Positions 26,580 to 38,700 of a DNA stretch of 64,000 bases are shown here, in pieces. The stretch covers positions 9,977,458 to 10,041,457 of the forward strand of contig CM119267.1 of the NCBI GenBank assembly GCA_051294375.1, given 5' to 3'. Made by a program: the position numbers and the translations under genes. This DNA comes from Paraspadella gotoi (taxonomy: Eukaryota > Animalia > Chaetognatha). The notes beneath the pieces are model-generated. The model was not told where the DNA came from and searched no databases. It saw only the letters and a list, made by a program, of their open reading frames with translations. Each line of letters opens with the position of its first letter. Within the stretch, counting starts at the first letter, position 1.

Positions 26580-28494
26580 TCAGTAAGTTGGGCCAGCATA
26601 CGAACTAGCGGCGTTGTTCTGCCCGCCGAATGGCGAGGGTTGATATGGATCGCTTCCGGCACCGCCAGGATACGGAGTGTACCTGGTAAGTTTTACCAAA
26701 ATCAACAATTGTCAATAAGAGACTATAAAAGATTGTAAGCGTTTGAAATTTACCCTCCTTGGTCTCCACCCATTCCTGACTGATCAAAATCATTTCGAGT
26801 TGCGAAAGGTTCAGAGACCCCGGCTCTAAGAATAAAATAAGAATGAACACTAAATTCAAATGCACGAACGTTTTTGATCGAATAAACCATTCGGATATAT
26901 AGCGTTCACATGTTTTCTGATAAAAGTCAAAGTGGCTTCCTGTAAATAGTTTAAACGTAAAACAAAAGTTCAACAAAACATGGATACAAGTTTAAATACA
27001 CACCGGTATTTCCTGTAAGCGAAGAAAGTCAGCGCCGCGAAAGTGAAAACGGAGAAGAAAGAAAATGCGATGATGGCCCCTGGTTTCGATCCGACCAGCG
27101 TCAAAAAAAATTCATCACCCTCTGTTCTGTTGATTAAATAAAAACAAGTTTGAACTTTGAGCAAACAATGTCGGATCTGCCCACGATCATTATCGGTAAT
27201 TAATTAATGAATTAATAATTAATTCAAGTTAATTAATTATTTCATTAATTAATAATTAATTTATTCAAGTTAATTATTTAATTAATTAGGCAATTAATTA
27301 ATTAAGTAATTTGATCCGAAATATTTGTTTTGATTGATTAATTAATTATTGATTAATTAATTGACTAATTGATTAATTAACTGATTAATTATTTGATTAA
27401 TTAATACATCTTGCATTTACATTTAAAATACAAAAAAACAATCAATTAGTGAAACGGGTTCTTTATTTTTTCCATTTAAACTCATTTCCACTCAAACGAT
27501 TCCATTGAAACTTTATTTCCAGCTTAATCACACACTTTTCTACACAAATACAAAATTTCAAGTCAATCGCCTCATCCATTCATGAGTAATTGGTGTTCAA
27601 ATAGTGAAATATATTTTTTTGTTTTTTCCATTTAAACTCATTTCCACTCGGACGATTCCAACGAAACTTCATATCCAGCTCAATAACACACTTCCCTACC
27701 CACACACAAAATTTCATTCCAATCCATCCATCCAATCACGAGTAATTGGTGTTTTTTTGCTAAGGTGGGACGGACGGACGGACAGACATCGTTTTTTTGC
27801 ATAATTTATCATAATTCGATGTTCTGACATGACATAAGTGAATGCCCGACAAGATTGAGGGGGCGGACCAAAGGACCGAAAACAGATCCGACTAAAAACA
27901 ACTGAAAGATCTTTCGAAATAACAATTAGGATGGGTATAAAAACTTACTTTCCCCAAGCGTCTGCCATGTAGCAAAAATTGACAAAGAAGAAGAACGACC
28001 AAACTCCTGGGGAGACGAAAAATTATTTCAATAAAGATTATCATGATAATGATATTTTTGCCCATAAACTTAATGAACCTGAGAATCCCAAATCGGCAAT
28101 AACAAGATGTTTACGAGTCTTGACAGATGGGATGTTGTCAAATAATGCGTCCGCGATGAGGAACCCGGAACAAGCGAGAAATCCCAGGACCCCAACAAAA
28201 ATGGAAAAACCGCACGTATTTTGGTCTTCATTATAATAACATTTGTCTGAAAGACGAAAAAAAGTCACCGTAATTTAAGTGGATTCTTATATTTTTTTTC
28301 AAAAATGCGTAAAACTCACGCGAACGGTAGGAATTAGAAGCTACGGAAAACACGACGATGGCAAAGACCCAGGAGCATATTCTGAGGATGGTCACGGGTC
28401 TTTTAATGAATGTCAGAGGGTCGAAATCGCCTCCGGCTTTTCCGGCGCCATAGGCGCCTCCCGACTGGTCAGGTCCGCCCATTCCTCCTTCCAT
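26580..28494 (-). CDS. SYNGR: Synaptogyrin (MARVEL domain), multi-exon
   Basis: GGAYGAGKAGGDFDPLTFIKRP...WVFAIVVF, CGFSIFVGVLGFLAC...RKHLVIADLGFSG, VWSFFFFVNFCYMADAW, AIIAFSFFS, and a Tyr/Pro/Gly-rich tail ending YAGPTY*. Confidence 0.93.
27145..27895 (-). mobile_element. Helentron/DINE-1-like element, second copy, in a synaptogyrin intron
   Basis: Same termini as 19101-19730 (GAGCAAACAATGTCGGATCTGCCCAC ... CAGATCCGACTAAAA), a GGAC repeat, and an internal duplication of about 140 bp. Confidence 0.7.
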
Positions 28495-29489
28495 TTTCTT
28501 TTATAATGAGAGCGAGCAGAGTTTTTCAAACAAGAAGCGGTGGTTCCGCGATCACTGTGAGCGCCTATGGAACCTCAGATCAGATCATAGTAGCCAGATT
28601 TGCTTCGGCTAAAAACGAGTCGTTCTCTGACTAAAATGGAAGAATGTGTTGGATAATAAGAATCAATTAGGTATCTTCACCCGGAAAAAGAAATCAAATC
28701 TACTTCAAAGCATAAAATATATTTTTACGTTTTAATTTTTACGGATTTTTACGTAACCTGGTGAAAACAGTTATTTAGGCTAACCTCTATCCTTCGTCTC
28801 TAAATGTAATAAGCCATAACAACTACATCGCCTAAATCAGAGGAGTGCCCACGTTTTAGAAACTGTCGTGCAAAAATGAAATTCATAACGCTTAATGGAT
28901 TTTTAAGGATTTTACATTTGAGCTCAGATTTTTTATCATAAATGTAAAAATGAAGAGGGATTCATTCAAACATTGAAATATCAAATGATATTAAAATTCT
29001 ATAAGCTAATTTTCGAGTAACAATATTCGGATTCAGCAAGGCATCAGTGTAGAGCGAGGGATTACACGGTCCGAGTACAAAAATCAAATCAATGGAATGA
29101 CAAACGTAACTTTACAATTCTTTCTTTAAATGGTTAATTCACGTATTTCCAGTTACGCAAGCAACGAAACTCGTTAGTGAATATCTAAAAATGTCTCTCG
29201 CACGAGGCAATGACTCGCACGAGGTGTGACTCCGTGTGCAGGTTAAGTTGTGTAATGTGTAATGATGATTTGAAAGTCCGATACATGAAATAACCAAAGC
29301 AAAGGGAGAGATAAATTCTTGAAGAGAAAATAACCTTGAGCGTCAAAAGACAAAGTTCATGCACGTCTCGTTGCGTGACGATTTAGCGAGTGTTTATCTT
29401 TAACTTTAACATTTTTTCATTATATTCGGAGAGGAAGATTTATTTAAGTCTCTCCATTAGAATATGATCAATATCGAGATTATCTCCTT

Positions 29490-30732
29490 TCAGCATTGTT
29501 TATCATCGTACAAATCCTCTTCGTCGTCGTCGTCTTCGTCGGAATAGGAGGGAATCAGGCGGTTTACGGAGCCTCGAGCGATGGAATTGGAAGTTCCGGC
29601 GACCGCCGCGGCTGCGGACGTTGACGGGGAAGAGGTCGATGCTGAGCGGAGAGAGAAGACATTATGATTTATTTATTCCTTACCATAAAAATTAGGTAAT
29701 CTCACTGGAGTGTCCATTCACGCCGTTGGTTTCGGCTCTGTCGCCCTTGCCTACGCCGTTGTATATGTCAAGAACGTAGGGCTCCAACGCTTTCGGTACG
29801 AGATTGATGGCCTGCGCAAGTTTGCCCTGAGTACACTGGCCAGGCTTCTCGAGTCCGAACGCCATGCCCATCATGTTGAGAATATCCTTCTCCTCGTTGA
29901 TCTCGAAAACGTTGTCGAACTGAAAGAGATACTCGGTCTTGTCGCTAGAGATGCTGCAGTCGATCACAGTCTTTTTTCCCGTATTCACTATGACGAAGGG
30001 AAGCGGAATGGCGGAGCTTTGAGCCGGAGGCCCCAGTCGCTGCTCTTGGTTCCTGTTGCGATTGACGAGGTTCTTGTAGGCGATTTGATAAAGGATCAGG
30101 TCGTGAAGTTCTCGAGTCTTTTGCGCGATTCGTTCGTTGCGGTTGCGCTTTTCTTGTTCGAGTCTCTGGTACTCCTCGGCCGAGTTGGTCGGTAGACCGA
30201 TCCACTTAATTTCCTTCTTCTCCTTAGAGATGATGTTCATGGCCATGAGAACGTTGAGGGCGTCGTAGACACGACGGCGTATGTTCTTCTGATCGTAGAC
30301 CTGATCGCCATTAATCGAGGCATTGTGCTGGTCCTGCGCAAACTCGGCGACCAACTCATCGGCGACCTCATTGTACGTGGTTGCGCCTTTTGCCCGCACT
30401 TTTTCGCAAACTTTCATGGAAAAATGGCGGAGGCCCTTACCGCCCTTCTCCTCCTTTTTGCGTTTCGAGTCGATGAAGGTTCCGCCGGTACCGCCCAAAA
30501 TATGCTCGACCCCGCGTGAAGATGAGACGCTGCGAATCTCCGTGAAGTCAAAGGTTCGCTTAATGCCACTGTGAGCGAGTGAGGAGGAGGCGACGGTTGG
30601 GGCCGCTTGTACGATGTGAATCGGCGATTGGAGGACAAACTGACTGCCGCCCAAAGAGGACGATTGCAATAAGATAGTGCCGGACTGGTTGGCCAAACCG
30701 CCGTCGTCACCGACGGTTGCCGGCTGATGCAT
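29490..30732 (-). CDS. TFDP1: Transcription factor DP (E2F dimerization partner)
   Basis: [14 protein letters not shown]...[11 protein letters not shown]...[37 protein letters not shown] probable short intron at about 29705-29643 adds an acidic tail [17 protein letters not shown]; unspliced, the ORF stops at 29692. Confidence 0.96.
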
Positions 30733-30976
30733 GACTATGGTCTTTAACGGAGTTCAGAATTATTCAGGCGCCGAGCTCTAAATATTCATAAAGGTGAAAT
30801 AAGGAAGATTAACGAATAATAAACAACCAAACATAAAATGAAATAGAATGTATCAGATGGAAGGCTATAGCCAAATTAGGTAAAAAAGTACATAATAATG
30901 ACTTATATACAAAAAATGTAAAAATGTAAAGAAAATGTAAGGTTCTACATTCCACAGTAATAGGAAAGAAAAATAT

Positions 30977-33900
30977 TTAGTCTTGGTCTTCTTCATCATT
31001 TATGTATTGCTGAAGATTTAGGGTTAAAACGTTAGACTTGATGCAATCACCCGGTTCGGGATAAACTCCGATTAAAGCGTCGCCTTTGTTGAAAAATTCT
31101 TCTTTCAAGGAAATCACGATGCACTGAAAATAAAATACTCAATTACTCATCGTCTTTAGGCCGATAAGCTTATTTATATATTACTTGGAAATCTTGCGAT
31201 CTGGAACGGATAAATGAGGCGACCTTGCCGATGTTGGTATTGTCCAGGGCGGCGTCGATTTCGTCGAGAACGAAAAAGGGCGCCGGGTGAAAAGACTGAA
31301 TAGCGAAGAGCAAGGCCAGCGCTGCTACAGTCTTCTCTCCGCCTGATAAATTGTCCATTGGTCGGTAGCGTTTTCCAGGTGCCACACAATTGTAGTTGAT
31401 ACCCTTTTACGATTGAACGAATTTAAATAACGAAAAACGGGAAGTCACGATTTAAAATATATATTAAAAATAAAATATAATAAAATAAAATAAAATTTTA
31501 ATATATATTTAAAATATATATTACCTCCAAGTAGGGTTCTTCCGGATTTTCGGGACCAAGCAAGGCTTGAGCGGACATATTCTGCGCAATTTGCTTGTAG
31601 ACTTGATCAATGTTGTCCGACACGAACGAAAAACATTGATTGAAACGCTCGAATCGCTTTTTCCGTATCTTTTCGAAATCAAGCTTGGCGGTTTTGGCAG
31701 AGGATCGAGCGCGTTCGAATTCCGCGTTCATGTCGACGTACTTGGCTTTCACTTCTTCCATGCGGTCGGCAGCTCGTAGATTTGGGGCGTTGAACCTCTG
31801 AAGCTGAGATTGCAAAAGACCAACTGACTTGTGCAGCTCGTCCGACTTTTTGTTTATTTCCCTGTCGGAGAGATCCTTGTAATCGTCATCCAACTGGTCG
31901 AAATCTATACGGATCCGATTCTCTCTTTCCATTTCCTTTTCTTGCTTTTCTTTCTCTTTGGAATTGTCCTTGGCACTTTCCTTTTCCGACGCCGATCCCC
32001 GAGATTTGGACCGAGTGCTCTCTCGAGACTTCTCCGGCGGAGGTTCCTCATCCCCATCTTGCGTCCCATCGAGATCGTATTCCGCAATATCGTCCATCGT
32101 TCCCACTTTCATAGGGATGACGATGTTCTCCATTTTGCAAGACTTCAGGAGAGAGTGGCGGTCGGTTTTTTTTTGTTCCAGCTTTGCCTCTATATTGGCT
32201 ATCTGCTTTGTTAGAGAAGAGCCATCTTTCGTCTTGGAATTGAGCTCTTTTCTGATAGTGGCGATTTGCGTTTCAAAGTCATCCACCTGCGACTTGAACA
32301 TGAGCTTCTTATTTCGAAGGTCCTCTTGTTTTTGCATAATTTCGTCGATTTCTTTACGATGTTTCTGCTCCTCTTTCTCTAACTCTTTCAAGACTTTCTC
32401 GTCCTCTTTGACCATGTTTTCCCATCTCTGGACTGATTTGATGGTGTCCCTGGACTTTTCATACTCCAACTGATTGTTTATTTTGTTAATCTGGTTCTCG
32501 TATTCGAGTTTCCTTTTCATACGTTCTTGCTGCTGTCGGACTTGTTTTTCTTCAAAACGCCGTATGTTTTCGACCCCAATCTGTTTACAAAAGTCTTTGA
32601 ACACTCTGTCTTCGACAGTGTTAGCCTCATCTTTTTTCTTTTTGATCCTTTCCGCTCTCTGTTCTTTCCTCAATTCGGTCTCGGCAATCTTCGGCTCCAG
32701 CGTTTCCAGTTCACGCTTGTATTTTTCCAGCTGCGCATCTTTCGTCATTTTATCTTTAAAAGAATCACGATCCTGCTTGGTGTATTTAAGTCGATTTTCT
32801 AGACCCTTGATCTGACTTCTGTATTGGCTAAGTTCTGCCTCCTTTCTCTTGCTTTTTCCAAACCTCCTGAGATCTTCCAGTATCTTTTGTCGCTCTTCCG
32901 TTAAGCGATTAACTAATTTATCGTCCCAACGTCTTGCTTTGGCCCTGAGCTCGGATGCACCGCCAGATATAATTCCACTTTTCTGAAAAAGGGTGCCATC
33001 GAGAGACACGGACTTGTGTCTCTGTGGAAGACCAAACGCAAGTTTTCGCGCGTCTTCGATATTGTCGGCAACGAGCGCATTTCCAACCGCATACAACAAC
33101 GCTTTTTTAATTTCCGGTAAATTGGTAGTAATGACGTCCATTACGAGCTTGACATTGGGAACCGCGGAGATCTCGCGGAGTCGTTCATTTAGAGGAGAGA
33201 CTTCGATAAAGTCTAACGGCAAAAAAGTTTCGGGTTCACATCTTTGCTCCTTCATGTACTTGATGCACTCCTGACCAGTGGCTTTTGTGTCGACAATAAT
33301 GGCATCCATGTTCTTACCCATGACCTTGGTAATAGCGAGATTGTATTTCTTATGGGTAGGCTCGCAAAGATCGATCAGTCTTCCGAAAACACCTGGGTGG
33401 TTTTTCTTTAAAGTCGCCAAAAGTTCTTTCTTTCTTTGATCGCGGGAGGTTTCGTGTTTATCAACTTTGGCTTCGCTGAGTTGGCGATCGACATTTGTTA
33501 TGTTTTTGTTCAATTCGTCCACCTTTTCTTTGGCCTCTGAAACTTCAGCTTCAAGGTCAGTACACGTCCGTTTCAGTTCTACTAACTCTTTCTCTCCTTT
33601 TTCAATGTATTCGACGAGCTTCTGGAGCCTTGTCTCATGATCGCCTTTTTCACTCTCCTTGGCAGCAATCTTCGCCTCCAGTTCAGCTTTTCTTCGAGTG
33701 TCATTGTCTATTTTGTCCTGGTCATTTTTTTGCTCTCTCATTATGATATCGAGCTCTTGGTTAATCATGGCAGCTTGCACGCCAGCTTGGTCCTTGAGCT
33801 TGTGGTATTCCTCCACTTGAGATTCCTGCAGATGAGCTGTAATTCCTTGACTTTGACTCTCTTCCTCTATCATCTCATTGTAGGCGTCAAGATCAGCTTT

Positions 33901-35033
33901 GACTTTGGCCAAATTATCCTGGAGGCTCTTTATTTCTTTTTCGTGCGTTTTTTGAGTGGCTCTCGCTGATTCCCGAGATTTTTTGGCCGTGTCAAGTTTT
34001 TTAAGCATGTGGGCTGTCTTTTCCTTGGCTTTAATGAACTGCGGCTTCTTTTTGTTTAATTCAAGTTCTGCATCACGAATCTGTTGTTCTGTCTTGGCCA
34101 TGTCACGTTGAGTATTTCCTTGTTGCTTTTTCACATCATTCATTTTGTCTACAATCTTTTGGCGCGCGTTGTTCTGATGCTCGTTCTCTTTGATCTTGTT
34201 CTTTAGATCTGTCTTTGTTTCGTCTATTTCATTTTCATTGTAATAAAGCTTAAACAATTTTAACTGCAATTGCTTTTCTTGCATGTCTTCTTTGAGTTTC
34301 TGGTATTTCTCAGCCTCCTCTTGCTCATGTTTGGCTTCTCTCCGTTCCTGGTTAACACCTTTCTTGCGTTGTAGTTGATATTGAGTATCCTCCTCGGCCT
34401 TAAGCATTGCCGCCTTTAATTTGTCGTATTCATCCTTAAGTTCGCCAGATTTCGATATTTCCTCAAAAAGAGCTGTTCGTTCTTTCGGGGTTCGCATCGC
34501 AATGTTTTCTACGGTGCCTTGCATAACTAGAAAGTTCTTAGCTTTCACATTGATGTGAAGCTTTTCAAGTTCTTCGTTGTACTTCGCGCTGGAAACGTCG
34601 ATTTCGTCTATCTCGAAGTAGGAGGCGTTATTTCGGATGATGCGAGAGAAACTGACCAAGGTCTTGTCAGCCTTTTCAATGACGGCCGTCACACGCGCTA
34701 GCTTAGCCACGGGCTTAGCAATTGGCGCGCCGTGAATCAAGTCGCTCAGCTTCTTCACGCGTAGATCTTTCGTGCGCTCTCCGAGGACGAAGCAAATGGC
34801 GTCCATTAAGTTGGATTTCCCGGAGCCGTTTGGACCGATAATCGACGTGAAACCACTGAAGGGCCCGATCCGCTGGGTACCTGCATAATTTTACGAGTGA
34901 ATGCGTATCTTTATAACGAATTAACAAAATAGTTACCTCGATATGATTTGAAATTCTCTAATTCCAAATATTTCAACATGGTGATATTGCCATCTCCGGC
35001 ACCGTACGACATCTCCGACTCGGAATCTCCCAT
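30977..35033 (-). CDS. SMC1A: Cohesin ATPase SMC1 (4 exons)
   Basis: [11 protein letters not shown], Walker [23 protein letters not shown], hinge [10 protein letters not shown]...[16 protein letters not shown], signature [15 protein letters not shown], Walker [13 protein letters not shown]. Confidence 0.98.
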
Positions 35034-35755
35034 TGTTCCCACTAATTTTGCTGAAACGAAGAGTAGAATTATGATAATTTCGTAACTATCCGAAAAATTA
35101 AAACAAATATACAAAGTTCAGATTTTAAATAAAATTGACCGTTTTCAAAGAAAAAAAAAGCATTCGTGTGGCGATATAGCGAAAAAAAAATCTACCTTCA
35201 AAAATCGCTAATTACTCAAACCGTCAAGCACAAGGATACGTATTTCGATAAACAAACGAAACTGTTTACAAATGAATATGACTCAAATCTTAATCTCCGA
35301 CGCCGTAGAAATTTTTGGTGAGGGAAATGTGTGGAAGGGTCTTTCCGGCAGAGGGCACCACACATCAAGAGAGAGAGAGAGACTGACTTCTTCGCCGCAT
35401 TCGGCTCTCGCCCTACTACCTGCTCCTCTTCCTTTTCCTCCTCCTCCTCGGGCTTGTCAGACTTGATCCTCCTTTCGTTTCGATGTGGATATTCATTCCA
35501 CTGTTCATTTGTTTTCCGTCGTCGTCCGGGAAAAGAGAAAAAAGCAACACGGCATCTGCTGGAGACCTTGTTTTCTTTACCTTCATTGCCTAATGCTATG
35601 GCTATGATATTATTAGTACTGTGCTGTTATTTATTTTTATATTGTCTGGTTATTCTACCGCGTCAACTTACAAAGAACTGATTTTGCAATTTAAGAGTGA
35701 AAAACGAGCCGTTAGCCCTTGTTTGGCCCTAATTTAGTTCTTTCATTCACAGCTG

Positions 35756-38700
35756 ATGATGGGTTTTCGGGGCATATCTGTCTTGTCGACGCAAGTTTTC
35801 CTACTTGCCTGCCTTTCGATTTTGTCCGGTAAGGAAATCTGGGTGTGCTCATCTAGATACAGATACTAATTTGTATTTTTGTGACATTTTCAGAATCTCT
35901 TCGACAGCATGAAGAACGGGTGTCACTTCCAAGAACGGCGAACCGTAGAAAATCTGAAAATCCCACGTTAGATTTTAACTGCACGGGTGAATTTCAATGC
36001 GACAATGGGCGCTGTATACCGTTAGGTTGGAAATGCGACGAAGAAAACGACTGTTTAGGTAGGAATCTGTTAATTTGAACTTATTGTTTTTACAATAAGT
36101 TTAATATTCATATTATTTGATATAAATTAACTTTGTGTCAGCCGGCAGTCATTACTTTTCCACAGAACCCATCTTTTATCCGACACTACACCTTTTGATT
36201 TTAAATTCGAAAAATTAGATAATTCAGACGAAAAAGAATGCGAACATCAAACGTGCACGGCAGAGCAATTTTCTTGCAAGAATGGAAAATGTATCCCCAA
36301 TCGATGGCTGTGTGACGAAGAGAACGACTGTGGCGACAAGTTAGTGCGAATTTCTGTTTTTTTCAGCGAATCCCTCTTTACTTAAGGGTTACCATTTTCT
36401 AGTTCTGACGAGGTACCCACTGAGTGCAAAGCTCGACAGTGCGAAGAAAACCAGTTTCAATGTGAAAACTCGTCCGTCTGCATTCCGACATCGTGGCAAT
36501 GTGATCAACAAAAAGACTGTCGCGACGCCTCCGACGAGAAGAACTGCAATAACCAGACTTGCAGTAGCGAGCAATTCCAGTGCGCGGACGGTCGAAGGTG
36601 ACCTCAATGTTTTCCACAGATTCGGTTCTGTTTTCGTATATATACGCTTTCCCTTTATTCTTTATTTTTCTATCATTTTTATTCTTCCCATTTTTTTCCC
36701 TAGAATTACAGTCAGGGACAAGATAGCTTATTTATTAAATGAATTGATAATTTTTATATTGGTTGTACCAATTTCATAGCATACATCCTTGAATTTTTAT
36801 TAGTTGTATTACGGAACGATGGCGTTGTGACCAAGACAAAGACTGTTTCGATGGATCTGATGAATGGGAATGCCCGAGCCTCGCGTGCAATCCTGACAAC
36901 GAGTTCAAGTGCGCCGACAACTCAAGCTGCATCGTTGATAATTGGAAATGCGATGGAGACGTTGACTGTCAAGGTATAAATTTAGAAATTTCGGTTTATC
37001 AGCATTTTAAATGCTTGCATTTTTTTCGCAGACATGTCCGATGAAGCCGTGGACCTGTGTCAAGAAGAGGGCGAGGAATACACGGCTCCAAAGTCGAGTT
37101 GCGGCGTTAACGAGTTTCAATGCGACAATTTTGAATGCATTCATAAATCTTGGGCCTGCGATGGAGACCCGGATTGTACAGACAAAAGCGACGAAGTTAA
37201 TTGCACTGGTTAGTACTTTTTAGCGACGATCTCGTAACGCTTTTGAGCATAAGTGGCGTAGGCGTCGTCGTTGTCGTCGGCGTTCCAAGTTATCGATCGC
37301 CTTTTTTATGATTAAATTTGGGTGTATGAACCTGAAAATTTATATACAGCTTCTCATCATCGAGGTCCTTTAAATTGGGTGAGGACAGTTATTAAATATG
37401 TTTTGTTTACGTTTTATCAAAACAAACAAATTTCCTTTATTTTTATTTTTATATCTCCTTCTCTTTTCTCTTTTAATTATATGTAGCTCTCTCTCTTTCC
37501 CTTGGCTGATTCATCCGAAAAAAAAAAAACGAGTCTGCAGCTGGCTCTGCAGGGGCTATTTCTTTTTCTCTTCTTTTCTTCTTCTGCTGCTGCCTTTTGA
37601 TTTCTTTTTTTTTTTTCTGGCTGCCTCGCTGCTGCCGCTGCTGATTCGTCCGAAAACGATTTGGCGTCTTTCTTTTTCTCTCTCTCTCTTTCTTTTTTTT
37701 CTCTCTCTCTTCTTTCTCTCTCTCTCTTTCTTTTTCTCTCTCCTTTTCTTTTTCTCTCTCTCTTTCTTTTTCTCTCTTTCTTTCTTTTTCTCTTTCTCTC
37801 TTTTTTTTCTCTCTCTCTCTTTTTTTTTCTCTCTTTCTTTTTCTCTCTCTCTCTTTCTTTTTCTCTCTCTCTCTTTCTCTTTTCTTCCCTCCTTTCCTCT
37901 TCTTTTTCTCTTTCTTTTTTTTTCTCTCTCTCTTTCTTTTCTCTCTCTCTCTTTCTTTTCTCTCTCTCTCTCTCTTTCTTTTTTCTCTCTCTTTCTTTTT
38001 CTCTCTCTCTCTTTCTTTTCTCTCTCTCTTTCTTTTCTCTCTCTCTCTTTCTTTTTCTCTCTCTCTTCTTTTTCTCTCTCTCTTTTTTTCTCTCTTTCTT
38101 TTTCTCTCTCTCTCTTTCTTTTTCTCTCTCTCTTTCTTTTTCTCTCTCTCTCTCTCTTTTTCTCTCTCTTTCTTTTTTCTCTCTCTTTCTTTTTCTCTCT
38201 CTCTCTCTTTCTTTTTCTCTCTTTCTTTTTCTCTCTCTCTCTTTCTTTTCTCTCTCTCTCTTTCTTTTTCTCTCTCTCTCTCTTTCTTCTTTTCTCCTCT
38301 CTCTCTCTTTTTTTTCTCTCTCTCTCTCTTTCTTTTTCTCTCTTTCTTTTTCTCTCTCTTTCTTTTTCTCTCTCTTTCTTTTTCTCTCTCTCTTCTTTTT
38401 CTCTCTCTTTCTTTTTCTCTCTCTTTCTTTCTCTCTCTTTTCTCTCTCTCTTTCTTTTTCTCTCTCTTTCTTTTTCTCTCTCTTTCTTTTTTCTCTCTCT
38501 TTCTTCTTTCTCTCTCTCTTTCTTTCTCTCTCTCTTTCTTTCTCTCTCTTTCTTTCTCTCTCTCTTTTTCACTATTTTTTAATTGATTAATATATAAAAC
38601 GTTTTCCTTTATCAAATTTGATTTTTTGAGTGTCAAAGTTTGTCATGAGTCCATATTTTTTATTTATACAATTGCGACGATCCTTATGCTTTTAAGATTT

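Noticed and set aside
29710-33969. Many plus-strand ORFs opposite DP and SMC1, and similar ORFs opposite other genes
   Set aside because: Antisense shadows of real coding exons with no independent motifs.
37398-38636. Four long ORFs (309-394 aa) rich in F/L/S or K/R/E
   Set aside because: Artefacts of the stop-free TC/GA low-complexity tract inside a VLDLR intron.
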